Shown one piece after another: positions 60,052-64,000 of a DNA stretch of 64,000 nucleotides (its first letter is position 1; each line of letters opens with the position of its first letter). Both the position numbers and the translations under genes were made by a program. Source of the DNA: Octopus vulgaris (Eukaryota). Below the pieces are notes generated by a model, which was given only the letters and a program-made list of their open reading frames with translations, made no database searches and was not told the DNA's origin. The stretch is taken from contig OX597824.1 of assembly GCA_951406725.2 (NCBI GenBank), forward strand, positions 50,902,001 through 50,966,000. The letters are read 5' to 3'.

Positions 60052-60663
60052 TGTATGTGTGTATGTATGTATGTGTGTATGTATGTATGTATGTATGTAC
60101 GTATGATGTATGCAAGCATGTATGTATGTATGTATGTGTGTGTGTATGTATGAACGTATGCATGCATGTATATATGTATATATGAGTATGTCTACATAAA
60201 TATGAATATGGTAAATCGCTTGCATGTATGAACATATATATGTAACTATGTACGTAAGCATGCATGTAAGTATCTATACAACTCCACTAGAATGTACGAA
60301 AGCGCTATTATATGATATATGATATATGACGTATAAAACATGTAATATACAAATAAATATCTGTAAATATAAAACCATCCGAATTTCTGAGTACCTCATT
60401 TCTTCTAATATATACGTATGTATGCATTTACGTATGTATGTATGTATTTGTACATGTATGCATGCATTATGTATGTATGTATGTATGTATGTATGTATGT
60501 ATGTATGTATGTATGTATGTATGTATGTATGTAGGTAGGTAGGTAGGTAGGTAGGTAGGTAGGTAGGTAGGTAGGTAGGTAGGTAGGTAGGTAGGTAAGT
60601 ATGCATGTATGTATGCGTATATGTGTATGTGTTTGTATGTATATATATATATCTGTATATATA

Positions 60664-60891
60664 TTCTTTTTTCTTTTATTCTTTCATTTGTTTCAGTCAT
60701 TTGACTGCGGCCATGCTGGAGCACCGCATGTAGTCGAGCAAATCGTCCCCAGGACTTATTCTTTGTAAGCCTAGTACTTATTCTATCGGTCTCTTTTGCC
60801 GAACCGCTATGTTACTGGGAGGTAAACACACCAGCATCGGTTGTCAAGCGATGTTGGGGGTACAAACAGACACACAAACATATACACATAC

Positions 60892-60982
<91 letters not shown>

Positions 60983-61140
60983 CGACGGGCTTCTTTCAGT
61001 TTCCGTCTACCAAATCCACTCACAAGGCTTTGGTCAGCCCGAGGCTATAGTAGAAAACACTTGCCTAAGGTGCCACGCAGTGGAACTGAACCCGGAACCA
61101 TGTGATTGGTAAGCAAGCTACTTACCACACAGCAACTCCG
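60664..61140 (-). mobile_element. SINE family A, best-preserved copy (tRNA-like head, internal (TA)n, tail)
   Basis: Reverse complement ggagttgctgtgtggtaagtagcttgc...ggttccgggttcagttcc (A/B boxes), an internal microsatellite, tail ...cagtcaaatgactgaaac. Other fragments at 9228, 10222, 19935, 43985, 49320 and 55765. Confidence 0.9.
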
Positions 61141-62106
61141 GCACCATATGTATGTATGTATGTATGTATGTATGTTTGTATGTATGTATGCATGCGTGTA
61201 AATGTGTGTGTGTGTGTGTTCTTAAAACTGTCAAAGTATATATCCTGAGAACTAGTGAGTCCTTTTAGATCTGTTCTACCCTCTTCATATCCAACCTGAA
61301 GAATTTCCTCTTCTCAGTGGATTTAACAATAACAGCGTTAAAGTCAAACTATGCCAAATTCTTCTCTTTTAAACAAGAAATTTTCATTATTCATCAAACT
61401 TAGAACTCAAAGAAAACCTCCCACTCTTCCTCCTCTCCAACCTCATTCTCCTCCTCATCCTTACCCATCCATCTTATTCCCGTATTACCTTCTCCTCATC
61501 AACAATATTCTGATTGTTTAGAAAGAATTATTTTAATTTACTTTTAATCCGATATCCTCAATAAAACTAACCAACCAACCAGACGAAATTATAAAAATGG
61601 TAAAAAGCCACAAACGCTGAAATAAATGGATAAAACAAATAAATAAAAACAGAAATAAACTAATCCTACCATCTCAAAAGTATCAAGATTTAAACAAAAA
61701 AAAAAGAGAAACAATCAACGAAACTAAAAAAAAAAGAACAGCAAACAAAATATAAACGCTCATTGGTAACCATGGTATTCGATCGAAGTAGCTTTGCGCC
61801 ATTCCCGTTACAAATGGACTTTAAAGTCGCTTTTGTGTTTGCTGAAAAACATGGCATTGATTAAAGTTATATATGATGCTTTGAGCAGCAATATGATACA
61901 TTGAAGGCATAACAAACAAAAGATATCTCTCTCTTTCTCACTCTTTCCTAAACTAAAGCAGCAGAAATGGGAAAAAACAACAAAATTTCATAAACAAATA
62001 CAAGAAAAGTACACACACACGAATACATACATACACATACATACTTACATATAAATATATGTGTGTGTGTATAACTGTATGCACATATACATACATACAA
62101 CCATGT

Positions 62107-62155
<49 letters not shown>

Positions 62156-62677
62156 TATATTTATATCTGTATGCATGTATATGAATATAGAAAGAAAGCG
62201 CAAGAGGGAGAGAAAGAGAGAGAGAGAAAGAGAGAGAGAGGGAGAGAGAGAGAGGTGGGGGAGACGATGAGGAAATCAAGAAATGAATAAATAAAGCAGT
62301 GGTCACGCTCTGCTTGTAGCGTCCCCTGTCTGCCGACAGGGACCATCAGGAACGATAACACCACTTTCAACAGACTGCGAAGCCGCAATGGCTGATGATT
62401 GATGGCCGTTCGATGGAAGATCGAGTCTCGATGCTGCTACGACAGACTGGCAGACGCACGCGCTCACACATACATATGTGATAATGAACACAGCATCAAC
62501 ATACATACGTACATATATACATGCATGCACACATACGTATATACATACACGCACGCATTCGTATGCGTTTATATATAGACATAAATGCGTATGTATATCA
62601 ATGTATATGCACATATGTGCATATATATACATACATACATACATACACATACTTATATGTATATTTATGCATGTAAA

Positions 62678-62744
<67 letters not shown>

Positions 62745-63677
62745 TATATATATATATATATATATATTTATTTATATATATACATATACATACATATGTA
62801 TATACACACATATATGTGTATATATATCAATGTATGTCTGAGTAGATATATATGTATGTATGGCTGTTTGTGTGTATGTGTATGTGTGTGTGTGTGTGTG
62901 TGTGTGCATGAGTGTGTATGTTTGTGTGTATGTATGTGTGTTCGTGTGTGTGTTTGTATGTGCGTGTGTTTTGACTGTGTAAATTAGAAGAGAATCACGT
63001 TCGTTATATAGATTAATGTGTCTGCTGTTTTAATGAAAAACTCTGGTCGCTAGTCTGAACAAATACACAGACCAGCAGCATCTGTTCTGTCTGAGGCAGT
63101 GTTGATAGTGCAACCTTGTGCCCCGGGGACATCTATACGATCTGATAGCAATTACATGTTGGGCTAAAGACTCGCCTTTCCATATGTTTATACATGTGTA
63201 TTCATGTGTGCAGCTTTGCTGGTGCTGATGATGCGCATATATTTGAGTGAGTGGGGAGATTTAGCAGGAAAGTAATAAGCCACGAAAAGGAGACGTTTGA
63301 ACTGTGTCTATGTGTGTATGTGTGTGTGCATGTGTGTGTGTGTGTGTGTGTGTGCGTGTGTGTGTGTGTGTGGCTGTATATGTGTGAGGCTCGATGTGCC
63401 ATGATTATTGTTTGTATGCTTGCCGGATTATGGATAAGCTGGCTACAGATGTGCGCATGCGCGTGCATGAGCACGCTGTCAATTCCGCCGTGCGCGTCCG
63501 TCCTTGAGTGTTTTTCGTGCGGCCGTTAGCACTGAGCGTGTGACGACTTAAATTGATGCATGCGTGTATATGTATGATAAAAACAAAAAAGACTCGACAT
63601 ATATAGACAGGCAAATAGCTTAGACAGGTACGTACAGAGAGGCAGATAGGCAAACTAGCTAGCTACTAGATGAATTT

Positions 63678-63679
63678 AG

Positions 63680-63770
<91 letters not shown>
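63678..63770. repeat. (GATA)n array
   Basis: Direct reading. Confidence 0.95.
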
Positions 63771-63771
<1 letters not shown>

Positions 63772-64000
63772 TGGGTATATAGATAGAAGGATACGTGTGT
63801 GCGTTTGCGTATGTGCGTGTGTGTATCAGTATATGTGTATGTATGCACATGCACTCACATACACACACACACAAACATATATATAAACGCACACATATAC
63901 ATACATACATTTATACATACATATATATGCATATGTGTACATATGAACGTGTATGTGACAGAAATGAATAGACTGCTAGATAAATATTTATATGCATATG

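Noticed and set aside
62390-62435. CTGATGA as a hammerhead core
   Set aside because: No properly placed GAAA and no stem I or III.

Overview
AT-rich, repeat-saturated eukaryotic non-coding DNA. The repeat repertoire looks like an octopus/cephalopod genome (inference). I can support no host protein-coding gene; most predicted ORFs are translations of (TA)n, (CA)n, (TAA)n, (TAGA)n or (CATA)n microsatellites. All recognisable coding sequence is transposon-derived: R4/Dong-like RLE LINEs in (TAA)n arrays, a decayed Penelope-like element (PLE; RT plus GIY-YIG) interrupted by a complete non-autonomous Helitron, mariner remnants, an L1/Tx1-like endonuclease fragment and an RTE-like element. There are also hAT- and piggyBac-like MITEs and three tRNA-derived SINE families. 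The most striking hidden signal is about 10 type-I hammerhead ribozyme (HHR) motifs from several unrelated short repeat families. They mostly lie next to (TA)n arrays or in fold-back structures and have palindromic stem III. Their catalytic cores vary, including compensatory swaps of the 3-8 base pair: C3-G8, U3-A8 and a family-fixed A3-U8. One HHR lies in a ~350-nt terminally redundant, retrozyme-like unit. All structures were paired by eye and many boundaries are approximate.
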